A stretch of 32,000 bases of DNA, from the sequence record MT188223.1. One strand, written 5' to 3'. Source of the DNA: Acinetobacter phage vB_AbaM_D22. Shown here piece after piece: positions 12,122 to 22,299 of the stretch (its first letter is position 1; the number at the start of each line of letters is the position of its first letter). A program made the position numbers and the translations under genes. The notes under the pieces are model-generated. The model saw nothing but the letters and a program-made list of their open reading frames with translations, was not told the origin of the DNA and did not search any database.

Positions 12122-13488
12122 TGGATTTCTTACAATTCGCTCAGTTACTCTTTGATAATCAATTGCTTGCTAGTGAAGGTACAGTAAGGGATGTCTTAGC
12201 TAAGTATGAACATGCCATGGTCCACGGACCTGAATATGTTGGTTTAGTTAAGAAACAATCTTTCAATACAGAAATGAATACGAAAGTGTTCAAAGGTACT
12301 GATGGTACTCGTATTGGTATCCTTCCTGTCAAGGGAGCTTTGGTTTACGAAGAAAGTGAATGGGAAGCTTTGTGTGGCATGACCTCTTATGAGGGATTAG
12401 TTGCCAAGGCCGAAAAAATGATTTTAGAAATGGGCGCAGAGCACTTAATTCTTGAGTTGAACTCAGGTGGTGGTATGGCCTATGGATGCTTTGAATCTGC
12501 ACAACATGTGCGAAATTTAGCAGATAAACATAATGTCAAAGTTACAGCCTATGTGGATGGAGTTGCCTTTTCTGGTGGCTACGCTTGGTGTTGTATCGCT
12601 GACGAAGTTGTCGTAAACCCTATGGGTAAAGTTGGTTCAATCGGTGTTGTTCTTCCTCTCGTGAATTATTCAGAGATGGAGAAGAAACAAGGTATTGAAC
12701 GCATCTACATCACAGCTGGTAAAAGCAAAGTACCTTTCGATAAAGATGGTAAATTCACCAAGGAAGCTATTAGCGATATCCAAGCTGGTGTAAATGAAAC
12801 TTACGAGATGTTCGTCGATCATGTTGCTGACATGAGAAAGATGAACCGTGATGATGTTATAGACACTGAAGCTAAGACATTCGGAACGAAGGAAGCTTTG
12901 AGGTTAGGTCTTATTGACCAAGTAATGACTAAAGAGCAATTTTATGAACATTTAGGAAATTTTAATGGAGACTCAACTATGAGTATTAAAGTAGAAGGCG
13001 AAAAAACTAAAGTTGAAGGTGACTCACCTGTACACACAGCATTGGTTGGTCAGATTACTGATCTTAAAACACAAGTGCAAGGCTTTGAAGGTCAAATCAC
13101 AACACTTAATGGTGAGATTACTCAACTTACAGCTGATAAAGCTAAGCTGACCACTGATCTTGGCGCAGCACAGGCTCGTGTTACCGAGTTAGAGAAGCAG
13201 ATCGCTGATAGTAAAGCTGATGCACAAAAAGCTCTTGTAGAGGCCCGTGAAGCTCGTATTACAGCACTTGTTGCTAAAGATGATGTCGCTGGTCATATGG
13301 ACATGATTGAAGGATTTACGCCAGAGAAATTTGAGAAATATATTTCAAATTTAGAAAAGCAGAATGCTTTAATCGAAGGTTCTTTCAAAGAACAGGGTGA
13401 GAAGGTAGATGAAGGTGAAGGTGATCCTCAGATCATGTCAGTTTCAGATCGTATGGTAAAACGAATTCGTGATCGTAAAAAAGCCTAA
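12121..13488 (+). CDS. prohead protease (S49/SppA-ClpP-like, lambda gpC type) fused to a coiled-coil scaffold region
   Basis: 455 aa. It has ILELNSGGGMAYG and VAFSGGYAW serine-peptidase-like motifs. The C-terminal half is a long heptad coiled coil (QITDLKTQVQGFEGQITTLNGEITQL...). ATGA-type start/stop overlap with the portal gene. Confidence 0.8.
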   Translation: MDFLQFAQLLFDNQLLASEGTVRDVLAKYEHAMVHGPEYVGLVKKQSFNTEMNTKVFKGTDGTRIGILPVKGALVYEESEWEALCGMTSYEGLVAKAEKMILEMGAEHLILELNSGGGMAYGCFESAQHVRNLADKHNVKVTAYVDGVAFSGGYAWCCIADEVVVNPMGKVGSIGVVLPLVNYSEMEKKQGIERIYITAGKSKVPFDKDGKFTKEAISDIQAGVNETYEMFVDHVADMRKMNRDDVIDTEAKTFGTKEALRLGLIDQVMTKEQFYEHLGNFNGDSTMSIKVEGEKTKVEGDSPVHTALVGQITDLKTQVQGFEGQITTLNGEITQLTADKAKLTTDLGAAQARVTELEKQIADSKADAQKALVEAREARITALVAKDDVAGHMDMIEGFTPEKFEKYISNLEKQNALIEGSFKEQGEKVDEGEGDPQIMSVSDRMVKRIRDRKKA

Positions 13489-13526
13489 TTCAAACTCAAT
13501 TTAATCTAAGTTAAAAGGATATATTC

Positions 13527-14018
13527 ATGGAAAAATTAGAATTTCAAAAACGCTTCCCTATGTTCAGTGAAGTGTTCCAAGACGAACATGGCGTACTGAT
13601 TGGTTACACACGTCAGACCGTTAAAGTTACTGGTACGGCTGGTAAGACATTGCAGATTGGTGATTTCTTAGTGATGGATGCTGTGTCATCAGAGACAGCT
13701 ACAATCCCTGCTGATATCGAAGCTATTAAAGCAGCTAAGGTACTTGCTATTTATGCTGGTAACGAAGCGTATCAGAATATGAACACTGATAATTCAAGTT
13801 ACAACCACAACGTAACAGAATTCTTGGCTGATCGTTTGACTCAAGAAGTTGTTGTTATTAACCGTGGACCTATTGGCCTTTCGTGGGGTGGTCCTGTAGG
13901 TACTACTAAACATTTCTCAGGTCTTAAGTTCCCTGCTGGTACATCAAAAGCTGACATCAAAGCTGTACATGCTAAGTTGACAGATCAAGGCTTCAAAATC
14001 TTACGTCAAGTACCTTAA
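13527..14018 (+). CDS. putative head decoration protein (by position, lambda gpD slot)
   Basis: 163 aa, located between the protease/scaffold and the major capsid gene. Confidence 0.45.
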   Translation: MEKLEFQKRFPMFSEVFQDEHGVLIGYTRQTVKVTGTAGKTLQIGDFLVMDAVSSETATIPADIEAIKAAKVLAIYAGNEAYQNMNTDNSSYNHNVTEFLADRLTQEVVVINRGPIGLSWGGPVGTTKHFSGLKFPAGTSKADIKAVHAKLTDQGFKILRQVP

Positions 14019-14083
14019 TCGGTACTTCGGCTTAGGCTTGGGAAAATTAGAAATTTAAATAAACGTTAAAGGATTTTAAAATT

Positions 14084-15178
14084 ATGGCTAAAGATATCAT
14101 CAACCCTAAAGACACTACATCGATCTTACAGATGAATGATGTAATCAAAGAGATCGAAACTGGTGTCGGCTTCTTATCTAAATCTGGTCTGTTCCGTGAA
14201 GAACTTACTCCACGAGATACAATCGTTGAGGAAATCCAGAAGCAGAATAAGCGCGGTATGCTTGGTTTGACAAGTCGTCGTGAACGAAACAAAGTTAAGC
14301 ACACTCGTCGTAAGACAGAGGCATTCTCGGTTCAAATCCCGTACCAAGAAACAATCGAAGAAGTGACAAAAGAGGACGTGTTCCAAGTCGCTAAATCGTG
14401 GAATGATGCCACTGAAGAACAAATCATGGATGTTTACGAACGTAAATTGATTCCTATGAAAGAGTCAATTGAAAACGCTCGTGAGTATTTATACTGGACA
14501 GCTGCACAAGGTATTACACGTGATCCACGTGATGGTAGTGTTGTTCTTGACGCATTTGCTAAACAAGGCGTTACACGTCCAGTTATCGACGTTGACTTGA
14601 CAGATATGACAATCAACCTATTAACGTGGATGGGTGAATTACGTAACCGTGTGACTCGTGATAACAAACGTGGTAGCTCACAAGGTACTATCGAAATCTT
14701 CACTACACAAGAAGTGTTTAGTAAGTTTGTATCACATCCATCTGTGTTTGCTGCTTACCAAATGGCGTACCAAGGTCGTGGTCAAGAGTACATCACTAAA
14801 GCTGTTAGCCCATTCGGTACATTATCACGTGGTGCATATGGCCTTGTTGAAGAATTCGAACATAACAACGTTCGTTTGATCGTAGCTCCACAGACATTCA
14901 TCCTTGAAGATAACGATATCTTCGAAGATGGTACAGCTGAAGAAGTTGATGCTGTTGAAGCTGGTACAGGTTTCGCAGTTATTCGTGGTGTTCGTGATGC
15001 GTTCCGTGCGTACTACTCACAAAGCAATGACTTACTCGACGGTGGTCTTGCTAAAGAATACGCTTGGCGTTCAGAAATCAAAGACAATGCGTTCTTTGAA
15101 ATGACAGCTAGTTCAGCTCCTATTGCATACACAAATGCTCCAGAGCTTTGCTACTTGTTCAAATTCAAGACTGCTTAA
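14084..15178 (+). CDS. major capsid protein (lambda gpE-like)
   Basis: 364 aa at the expected position. Its C-terminal FFEMTASSAPIAY..PE resembles the lambda gpE C-terminus (FTMIQSAPLML..PDE). A terminator follows. Confidence 0.8.
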   Translation: MAKDIINPKDTTSILQMNDVIKEIETGVGFLSKSGLFREELTPRDTIVEEIQKQNKRGMLGLTSRRERNKVKHTRRKTEAFSVQIPYQETIEEVTKEDVFQVAKSWNDATEEQIMDVYERKLIPMKESIENAREYLYWTAAQGITRDPRDGSVVLDAFAKQGVTRPVIDVDLTDMTINLLTWMGELRNRVTRDNKRGSSQGTIEIFTTQEVFSKFVSHPSVFAAYQMAYQGRGQEYITKAVSPFGTLSRGAYGLVEEFEHNNVRLIVAPQTFILEDNDIFEDGTAEEVDAVEAGTGFAVIRGVRDAFRAYYSQSNDLLDGGLAKEYAWRSEIKDNAFFEMTASSAPIAYTNAPELCYLFKFKTA

Positions 15179-15199
15179 TCTTTGATTGAGTAATCATGT

Positions 15200-15231
15200 G
15201 AGGGGCCAATTTCGGTCCCTCCTATTTGTTT
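15200..15231 (+). terminator. rho-independent terminator/attenuator after the capsid gene
   Basis: GAGGGGCC-AATTTC-GGTCCCTC forms an 8-bp stem (one G-U), followed by CTATTTGTTT. Confidence 0.65.
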
Positions 15232-15247
15232 GGAGTTTTTAATAACT

Positions 15248-18200
15248 ATGGATAATTTAAACAATGGTTTAGAGTTATTATCAGGTAGATTAGTAGTCTT
15301 ATTTTTAACTTATGATTTAGCTTTAAAGGCTTCTGCTAATTTCCCAGCTGGAACCAAAGTTAAAGTCACAAATGACCCTAATCCCGACCTAAATGGTGAA
15401 TATACATGGGATGGTAAGAAGTTAGTAAAAACTACAAATAACACTCTTGATAAAGCTAGAGAGGAAGCTGAGAAAGTTGTCGATGATAAGCTAGAAACAG
15501 TTTTAACACCAGATAAAATTCTGGATATCATTTCAGGGCAGATTTCAGAAAGTGACTTAGATCAAAACTTAAGACAACGTATTGACGAAATCGAAAGTAT
15601 CTCCCCTGTCATTGACAAATTGAAGAAAGATGTAAAAAAATCTCAAGAAGAGATAGATGAAAAAGTATTCTTCCTAAATGTTGATTATCAAAATCTTAAG
15701 GAAGAAGTTAAAAATATTCAATATCAGGTTGACTTAGACTTTAAAGCTATTCAAGATCGAATCGATCAAATCCAAGCTGAAGTTGATGCCAAATGGCTTG
15801 AGGTTGATCAGATCAGAGATGACTTAACAAAAGAGATTAATGATCGTATTGCAGCTGTCCGTGAGGAGACAGAGCAACGTATCGAAGATGTAAGAAAATT
15901 AAATGATGGTTTAACTCAAGAGATCATTGATCGTAAAGATGGTGATCAAAAGTTATATGAGAACATCGAAAACTATAAAGTGTCAAATGATGGTGCTCTT
16001 GCCAACGTAAGAGAGGAAGTTCGAGTTGCTGTAGATACTGCCAATGCTTCTGCTGAGAAAGTTGATGCTATGGACGCCAGAGTTAAAGTTGCAGAGGATA
16101 ATGCTGGAACTGCTTTAGAGAACTCTGCTGCTGCTGTTACTAAAGCCAATGCTGCTGCTGATTTAGCTAGTGCAACTGCTGGTCGTGTTGATAGTATGCA
16201 AGCTGATGTAATTAAGGCTGTTGACGATTCTGGTAAAGCTCTCACTAACTCTGCAACTGCTATTGAGCAATCACAAGTTGCAGTAGATAAAGCTACTGCT
16301 GCTGCTGAATCTGTTACTGTACTTGAATCAAAGCTTAACAGCAAGAATGCTACATACAGACAAGATGCTGCACCGACAAAAGACACACATCCAAATTTAA
16401 CAGAAGGTGATCTATGGATTAACCCTTCAGCCAACAATGAACAAAAACGCTGGAATGGTACTGACTGGGTTGACATCTCTGATGTTCGTGTAGGCCAGAA
16501 TGCTACTGCTATCTCTGAGCTTAAAACTTCTGTAAAAGAGCAAGATGACAAAATCACTGCTGTCTCTGAAAGGGTAACAAGCCTTGAGACAACAATTGGT
16601 GATATGGCTACTTCAGAAGCCCTTGAGCAACTGAAAAGTACTGTCACTGAGCAAGGTGGCAAAATTGATGCCAATACAGAGAAGCTTACAGCTCTTGAGA
16701 CAACTGTTGGACAAAATCAAGAAGCAAATGCTAAAGCTCTTCAAGATTTAACTGCTCGTATTGAGAAAGATGAAGACGACATCAAAGCCAACACCTCAGC
16801 TATTACAGCTTTGGATTCGACTGTGAATGCGTCAATGAATGCAATAAACATTACAGCGGACATGAACTTAGATCAAGATTTGATTTATGATCCTAAGTCT
16901 GGTGAAGTTGAGAAAGTCATTTCTGAGTCTGGAACTACAAGACGAGTTCTTAGTGTAGGTAACAATGCTGGAAATGACAACGTTTGGATGTATACAAAAG
17001 CTATGTTAGCTTACGATCCAGACGTTATGTATAAGGTAAGAGCGAAAGTTAGACGTACTGCTGGTAATGGTACATTATACCTTGGTCTAGTAGCTAAGAA
17101 CTCAGATAAAACTCAATTTGTTAACTCAGAAAATGTTTTATCTAATAGCCCTTCTAGTTCAGCTTATTTTGAAAGTGGTACACTACCTCCTCTTGGGGAA
17201 TGGGTTGATTATGAATGGTATGTTAAAGGTAGAGCAGCCACAGTAGCACAACTCCCACCAACTTATGGTGGACTTGGTAATCCAATTCAAATGCAGAATG
17301 CTACTGCTTACATTGCACCTATAGTTATTGTTAACTATTCGTCTGAAGCTGGTAATTATGAAATTGCCTACATGGTCCTTGAACGAGCTGAAGCTTACAA
17401 GGTTATTTCTGCTAATGCTAATGCTTTAACAAGTCTTAAAACAGAAGTTGATAAGAACTCTGATGGTATTAAGGCAATGGGTGAAGCTATCACAAACGTC
17501 GAAGCTTCTATCACAAACATGGACATTGGGGGACAAAACCATTGGACTATTTGGCCTATTGAACCAACACAACCTGAGGCTGGAAACCCTTACCTTTCTG
17601 TACAATGGTTAACTGAGAGTCAGGAATGGATCAGGACTACATTAACAAAAGATGTAAATTCTTATCACCATTCTTTTGATGGATTGTTGATCGACTTAAG
17701 TTACCCTATCATTATTGGTGAGTTATATACATTAACCTTTGAGATGAGGGCTTCTAAGTCAATTCCTATTGCAGCTACCACAATTAACTTTGGTGCTAAT
17801 GTTACTTATGCAGATAGTGGTTTAACAACTGATACTGAATGGAAGACATACACAATCACATTCCCAACAAAAGGGACATTGACATCCAAGGTCAACCAAG
17901 CATTTGGCTTGACGTTACTCAAAGTCCATGGATGGACTACAGGTGATTGGTACGAACTAAGACGTATCCAAATGCAAAAGGGTAACAAAGCTACTCGATA
18001 CCAAAAAGCTCAAGCTGGATTGGTTGAAGGAATCAAAGCTAACTCTCAAGCATTTACTAGTTTGAAAGCTACTGTTGACATTCACGAAGACGAGATTAAA
18101 TCACAAGGACAGGCGATTACAGGGCTTAAACAAGAGATTGCTGACAAAGCCAGCTCTCAAGCTTTAAATGAGCTTAAATCGACTGTAGAGCAGCAAGGTG

Positions 18201-21200
18201 ACGACATCCAAGTTAACACCGAGGCCATTACATCATTGAAAGGTGTTGTTGATGGCAAAGCCGATGCAGATGCCTTGAATAGTTTAAAAATCACAGTCCA
18301 AGAGCAAGGTGAAACACTTTCAACTCAAGGTCAGGCGATTACTTCTGTTAGGGCGACAGCCGATCTTGCACTGAATGGTAAGAAAACTTTAATTGATTTA
18401 ACAGCACTTGACCCTAACTTGTATTACCCTGTATTTATTCCAGTAAGTACAATAGCTGTTTCAGAGATTGAAATTTCACCAAAACTTGATGATTTCAAAG
18501 CACCTTGGTCAACACATGGTTCAGGTTCATACTCTTTAGGTGTTCGCTGGACTACACGTGGTTCAGGGTGGGGAGCAAATGCTCCTGATAGGGTTATTGA
18601 AAAATTTGGATACCTTTGGGCAGACCAGTCTCCAGTAATGGAAATTAACCAACGTGGAGAAGATTCGAGAGAGTATATCTACTTACGTGGTGGTACAATT
18701 TACCCATTTGTGACGAACCAATATGCTGATACTCCATATTTAGAAAGTAATCCTGTGGGTGTAGCTTTTGATCAAAGTAAAGTTCCACAATCAGTTAATG
18801 TTAGAGTAGGTGCAAATGCATCAGCTATTAGTAGTCTTGATTCTAAGGTCAACATCGTAGGAGATAAGGTTGATGTTAACGCACAAGCCATCACAGGATT
18901 GCAAGCTGAGATAAAAGATAAAGCAAGTTCAGAGGCTTTGAATCAATTATCTGTGACAGTTAGAGATCAAGGTCAATTAATTGACACTCAAGGTCAGGCG
19001 ATTACAAAGGTTGAATCTAAAGTTGACAATTTAAAGGTTGGTACAGGAAACTTACTTAGAAACTCAGCTTTCTCTGAAAGTTTAGATCAATGGTCTTCAA
19101 ATGGTCAAATTCAATCAACGGATTTCATTACAGAGTACGGTATTCCATCTGGACAGCCTAAATACCTGAAGATGAAAGTTTCTATTGGAGGTTCTGGTTA
19201 TTACCAAGGTGTTCCATTTGTCAAGCAAGGTGAGGAAGTTATCTTCTCTATCTGGGCTAGAGGTGAAACTGGTAATGAGGTTCTAAGATTACTATGGGAA
19301 GGACATGAAGCGTTTGCTGACCACCAACTTACAACAAATTGGGCTAGGTATACGTTAAAGACTAAACCTGTAATCAATGCACCAAACGTTGTTATCTACA
19401 CTGTTAATGCTGGTACATTCCACATTTCTAGTGCTCAATACGAGCGTGGAAATATCGTTTCTGATTGGCATCCAAATAGTGAGGATATGGCATCGGCAAG
19501 AGCTGTTTCTACTTTAAATACTAAGATTGATAATGTTGACAATAAAGTTAATGTTCAAGCTCAGGCAATTGTAGATTTAAGGACAGACCTTGACAAGAAA
19601 GCAAGTGCTCAAGCATTGACAGATTTGACTACAACCGTCCAAGAACAAGGAGAGACGATATCTTCTCAAGGTCAGGCGATCACTTCTGTTCAAGCTACAG
19701 CCAACAATACTGCAAGTCAATTAGGTACAACCATTTCTTACATGATGTATACATTTAGGAATGGAGCATCTTCAAATACAAAGACAGGTATCTATAAAGC
19801 TGATGGTACACGTTTAGAAGGTGTTGCTCGTGGCCTTAACGTTTATTTGTTCGCTGCTAATGGTGACTTTGTAAGCTTAAGGTTCTTTGATACATTTGGC
19901 GACATTGACAATGCTTGTCCTAACATGATTGCTTACTTATCTGACCTACCACAAGATTCATTTATTGCAATCGTAGGTTGTGATAATGTTGGTCTATTGC
20001 AGTACCCTTCAGAACCTCCAATGAGTTTGAAGAGACATTTAAGAGATGTATGGGGTGTTGCTCAAAGTTCATTAGATAAATGGCAAGGCAACGATATCCC
20101 TATAGTAATTTGTAGAAAGTGGGGTCCTAAAAACTCTGCAATCGATAAATTATACACTTCAAGCATCAATGGTGATTGGTTCTCGTTAGGTGTCACATTT
20201 ATTAATGGTATCCCTAACGATTGGGGTGGTGATACATCTAAAGCAAACATTGAGGCTAATGCTACTGCTATTTCTACATTAAACGCTGATGTAATCAAGA
20301 ATACTGGAGATATTAAAGTCAATGCTGATGCTATCACAGCCTTGAGGGGTGAGGTTAATGGTAAAGCTAGTGCAGATGCCTTAAATCAACTTTCTGTGAC
20401 TGTAAGAGAGCAAGGGGAGACGATATCTTCTCAAGGCCAAGCAATCACCCAAGTTCAAGCTTCGGCAGATATGGCTTTAAATGGCAAAAAGTATGTTGTT
20501 GACCTTTCTGGGTATGATTCTAACTTGTACTTCCCTGTATTCATTCCAGTCTCATCTGGTAGTGGTATTTCAGAGATTTCAATCATAGCTTCGTTAAGTG
20601 AATATAAAGCACCTTGGTCATCACATGATTCTGGTACATACTCACTTAACGTTAGGTGGAGAGTGAGAGGTAGTGGTTGGGGGGCAAACTCTGTAGAGAG
20701 GGAAATCCTAAGATTTGGTTATGCTTGGTGTGGTGATCAATCTCCAGTAATTGAGATTAGTCAACGTTGGCAGGAATCCCGAGAGTATATATACTTAAGG
20801 GGTGGTACTCAATACCCATTCTACGTTAACCAATATGCTGGAGAACCTTTCATGGACCCAGCATTTGGTGGGCTACCTTACAGTACTGCACTTATGCCTG
20901 TAACTATCAATGCTACTACACAAGCCAATGCTGCTGCTGTTAGTACATTGAATGCTAAGGTTGATGTTGTAGATGGTAAGGCGACAAGCACTGCTGAATC
21001 CGTAACTAAACTTCAAACCTCAAGTACAGCTGCAACATATCAGTTGTTAAGGGATTCGAATAAGATTAGGGAAAAGCCTGTAGGTTCTAACCCATATCCA
21101 TTCTACTCAGCTGTATACGATAAAGCATTGGTTGTTGGTAAAACATATACCTTAGTTTATGAAGCAGAGTTCCAATCAGGTGGTGCAAACAGCTTCTTTA

Positions 21201-21883
21201 GACCTTACTTCTCTGGAACTCAACATTTCAGTGAAACCAACCAAAGCTTTGGAAGACAAGTGTTTGTTGTCAAAGCTCAACTTTGGGCACAGAATACAGA
21301 TGCAATTAACTTCTACATCGTTGGTAGTCAACCTGATCAAAACAACTCTTATGCGAAAGTATATTGGGCTTGTTTATATGAGGAAGATCAACCAAATCCA
21401 ATTAAGGTGTGGATGCCTAACACCAGAGAGAACTCAGCTAAGCTTGAGGTTCAAGGCCAAAGCATTGATGGTTTGATGACTAAATGGTCTGTCAAAGCTG
21501 ATGTGAATGGTTATGTGTCTGGTGTAGCAATGAACAACAATGGTAAGGAAGCTAATTTCATTATCAGAGCTGATACATTTGCTATTGCACCTCCTGTTGG
21601 TTCAGGTGGTGGTGATACACCTAAGTATGGTTTCGTATACCAAGCTAGTGCAAAGACATTGCCTAATGGTACTGTTATCCCAGCTGGTTTATATGTCGAT
21701 AACTTAATGCTTGGTGAGATCAATGCTGAAAGGATCAATGCTCAAAGTATTAGTGCTATTAGTGCAAACCTTGGGACATTTGAGACAAGTGTTTCTGGTA
21801 AAGGTAAGACAGTGATCTCTGGTACACAGTATCAAGTTTTTGATGCTGCTGGAGTCGAAAGGATTTTCTTAGGAGTTAGATAA
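15248..21883 (+). CDS. giant modular fiber/adhesin-like structural protein (~2211 aa)
   Basis: Single ORF (track 15230..21883; first ATG at 15248). It has an N-terminal coiled coil and many NxxAITxL...QGQAIT repeat units. It carries a duplicated ~190-aa module and three jelly-roll-like segments that each end in a short conserved tail (QMQKGNKAT, YERGNIVSDW). The C-terminus has a WSVK..VNGYVSG....FIIRADTFAI motif like the distal part of lambda J-type tail tip proteins. Confidence 0.85.
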   Translation: MDNLNNGLELLSGRLVVLFLTYDLALKASANFPAGTKVKVTNDPNPDLNGEYTWDGKKLVKTTNNTLDKAREEAEKVVDDKLETVLTPDKILDIISGQISESDLDQNLRQRIDEIESISPVIDKLKKDVKKSQEEIDEKVFFLNVDYQNLKEEVKNIQYQVDLDFKAIQDRIDQIQAEVDAKWLEVDQIRDDLTKEINDRIAAVREETEQRIEDVRKLNDGLTQEIIDRKDGDQKLYENIENYKVSNDGALANVREEVRVAVDTANASAEKVDAMDARVKVAEDNAGTALENSAAAVTKANAAADLASATAGRVDSMQADVIKAVDDSGKALTNSATAIEQSQVAVDKATAAAESVTVLESKLNSKNATYRQDAAPTKDTHPNLTEGDLWINPSANNEQKRWNGTDWVDISDVRVGQNATAISELKTSVKEQDDKITAVSERVTSLETTIGDMATSEALEQLKSTVTEQGGKIDANTEKLTALETTVGQNQEANAKALQDLTARIEKDEDDIKANTSAITALDSTVNASMNAINITADMNLDQDLIYDPKSGEVEKVISESGTTRRVLSVGNNAGNDNVWMYTKAMLAYDPDVMYKVRAKVRRTAGNGTLYLGLVAKNSDKTQFVNSENVLSNSPSSSAYFESGTLPPLGEWVDYEWYVKGRAATVAQLPPTYGGLGNPIQMQNATAYIAPIVIVNYSSEAGNYEIAYMVLERAEAYKVISANANALTSLKTEVDKNSDGIKAMGEAITNVEASITNMDIGGQNHWTIWPIEPTQPEAGNPYLSVQWLTESQEWIRTTLTKDVNSYHHSFDGLLIDLSYPIIIGELYTLTFEMRASKSIPIAATTINFGANVTYADSGLTTDTEWKTYTITFPTKGTLTSKVNQAFGLTLLKVHGWTTGDWYELRRIQMQKGNKATRYQKAQAGLVEGIKANSQAFTSLKATVDIHEDEIKSQGQAITGLKQEIADKASSQALNELKSTVEQQGDDIQVNTEAITSLKGVVDGKADADALNSLKITVQEQGETLSTQGQAITSVRATADLALNGKKTLIDLTALDPNLYYPVFIPVSTIAVSEIEISPKLDDFKAPWSTHGSGSYSLGVRWTTRGSGWGANAPDRVIEKFGYLWADQSPVMEINQRGEDSREYIYLRGGTIYPFVTNQYADTPYLESNPVGVAFDQSKVPQSVNVRVGANASAISSLDSKVNIVGDKVDVNAQAITGLQAEIKDKASSEALNQLSVTVRDQGQLIDTQGQAITKVESKVDNLKVGTGNLLRNSAFSESLDQWSSNGQIQSTDFITEYGIPSGQPKYLKMKVSIGGSGYYQGVPFVKQGEEVIFSIWARGETGNEVLRLLWEGHEAFADHQLTTNWARYTLKTKPVINAPNVVIYTVNAGTFHISSAQYERGNIVSDWHPNSEDMASARAVSTLNTKIDNVDNKVNVQAQAIVDLRTDLDKKASAQALTDLTTTVQEQGETISSQGQAITSVQATANNTASQLGTTISYMMYTFRNGASSNTKTGIYKADGTRLEGVARGLNVYLFAANGDFVSLRFFDTFGDIDNACPNMIAYLSDLPQDSFIAIVGCDNVGLLQYPSEPPMSLKRHLRDVWGVAQSSLDKWQGNDIPIVICRKWGPKNSAIDKLYTSSINGDWFSLGVTFINGIPNDWGGDTSKANIEANATAISTLNADVIKNTGDIKVNADAITALRGEVNGKASADALNQLSVTVREQGETISSQGQAITQVQASADMALNGKKYVVDLSGYDSNLYFPVFIPVSSGSGISEISIIASLSEYKAPWSSHDSGTYSLNVRWRVRGSGWGANSVEREILRFGYAWCGDQSPVIEISQRWQESREYIYLRGGTQYPFYVNQYAGEPFMDPAFGGLPYSTALMPVTINATTQANAAAVSTLNAKVDVVDGKATSTAESVTKLQTSSTAATYQLLRDSNKIREKPVGSNPYPFYSAVYDKALVVGKTYTLVYEAEFQSGGANSFFRPYFSGTQHFSETNQSFGRQVFVVKAQLWAQNTDAINFYIVGSQPDQNNSYAKVYWACLYEEDQPNPIKVWMPNTRENSAKLEVQGQSIDGLMTKWSVKADVNGYVSGVAMNNNGKEANFIIRADTFAIAPPVGSGGGDTPKYGFVYQASAKTLPNGTVIPAGLYVDNLMLGEINAERINAQSISAISANLGTFETSVSGKGKTVISGTQYQVFDAAGVERIFLGVR

Positions 21884-22299
21884 TGGCTGCACAATTTATT
21901 ATTCGTGATGCCAATGGTGTCGTGGTATTAGATTTGTCTTATCGAATTACTAGGTTAACCATTGACTATAGTCGAACTACTAATCCAAGCTCTGTTCCCC
22001 AACCTGAATTGATCAAGGTCGGGGCCAAAGCTGATAGGGCTAGTATTTGGTTCCTTACCAGATTTAGTAAAACTGCTAGATACAACAACCAAAATATCGA
22101 AGGTGGGTGCTTCCCATCTTTCGCTGTTTATCTGATAGATAAAGCTGAACTTTTAGCTTCAGATTTTTCTTCAGGTTTTAAGGACCCAATTGCAAGCAGA
22201 ATGGATGATGTTTCTTTATACTTGATGGTTGTCGATACAAGGGAATCGGCAGCTACAGGGTATCAGAACAGTGTAACAATTGATGTTGGGAGATATTAA
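21883..22299 (+). CDS. hypothetical protein coupled to the giant fiber gene
   Basis: 138 aa, with a TAATG stop/start overlap. Confidence 0.7.
   Translation: MAAQFIIRDANGVVVLDLSYRITRLTIDYSRTTNPSSVPQPELIKVGAKADRASIWFLTRFSKTARYNNQNIEGGCFPSFAVYLIDKAELLASDFSSGFKDPIASRMDDVSLYLMVVDTRESAATGYQNSVTIDVGRY

Noticed and set aside
15973-16674. A 233-aa minus-strand ORF, together with other antisense ORFs in the track (15310..15531, 17806..17988, 20062..20337, 21511..21738), lies inside the giant gene.
   Set aside because: They lie entirely antisense to a continuous 6.6-kb ORF. Their Ala/Ser/Thr-rich low-complexity translations are what the reverse complement of GCT/GCA/ACT-rich coiled-coil coding sequence would give. 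No SD or independent signals were seen.
18272-20965. The two ~580-bp paralogous segments in the giant gene could be a diversity-generating retroelement template/variable repeat pair.
   Set aside because: No reverse transcriptase gene is present in the window. The copies are diverged at all base types (about half of the residues differ) rather than at adenine-specific positions. Both lie in-frame as protein modules.
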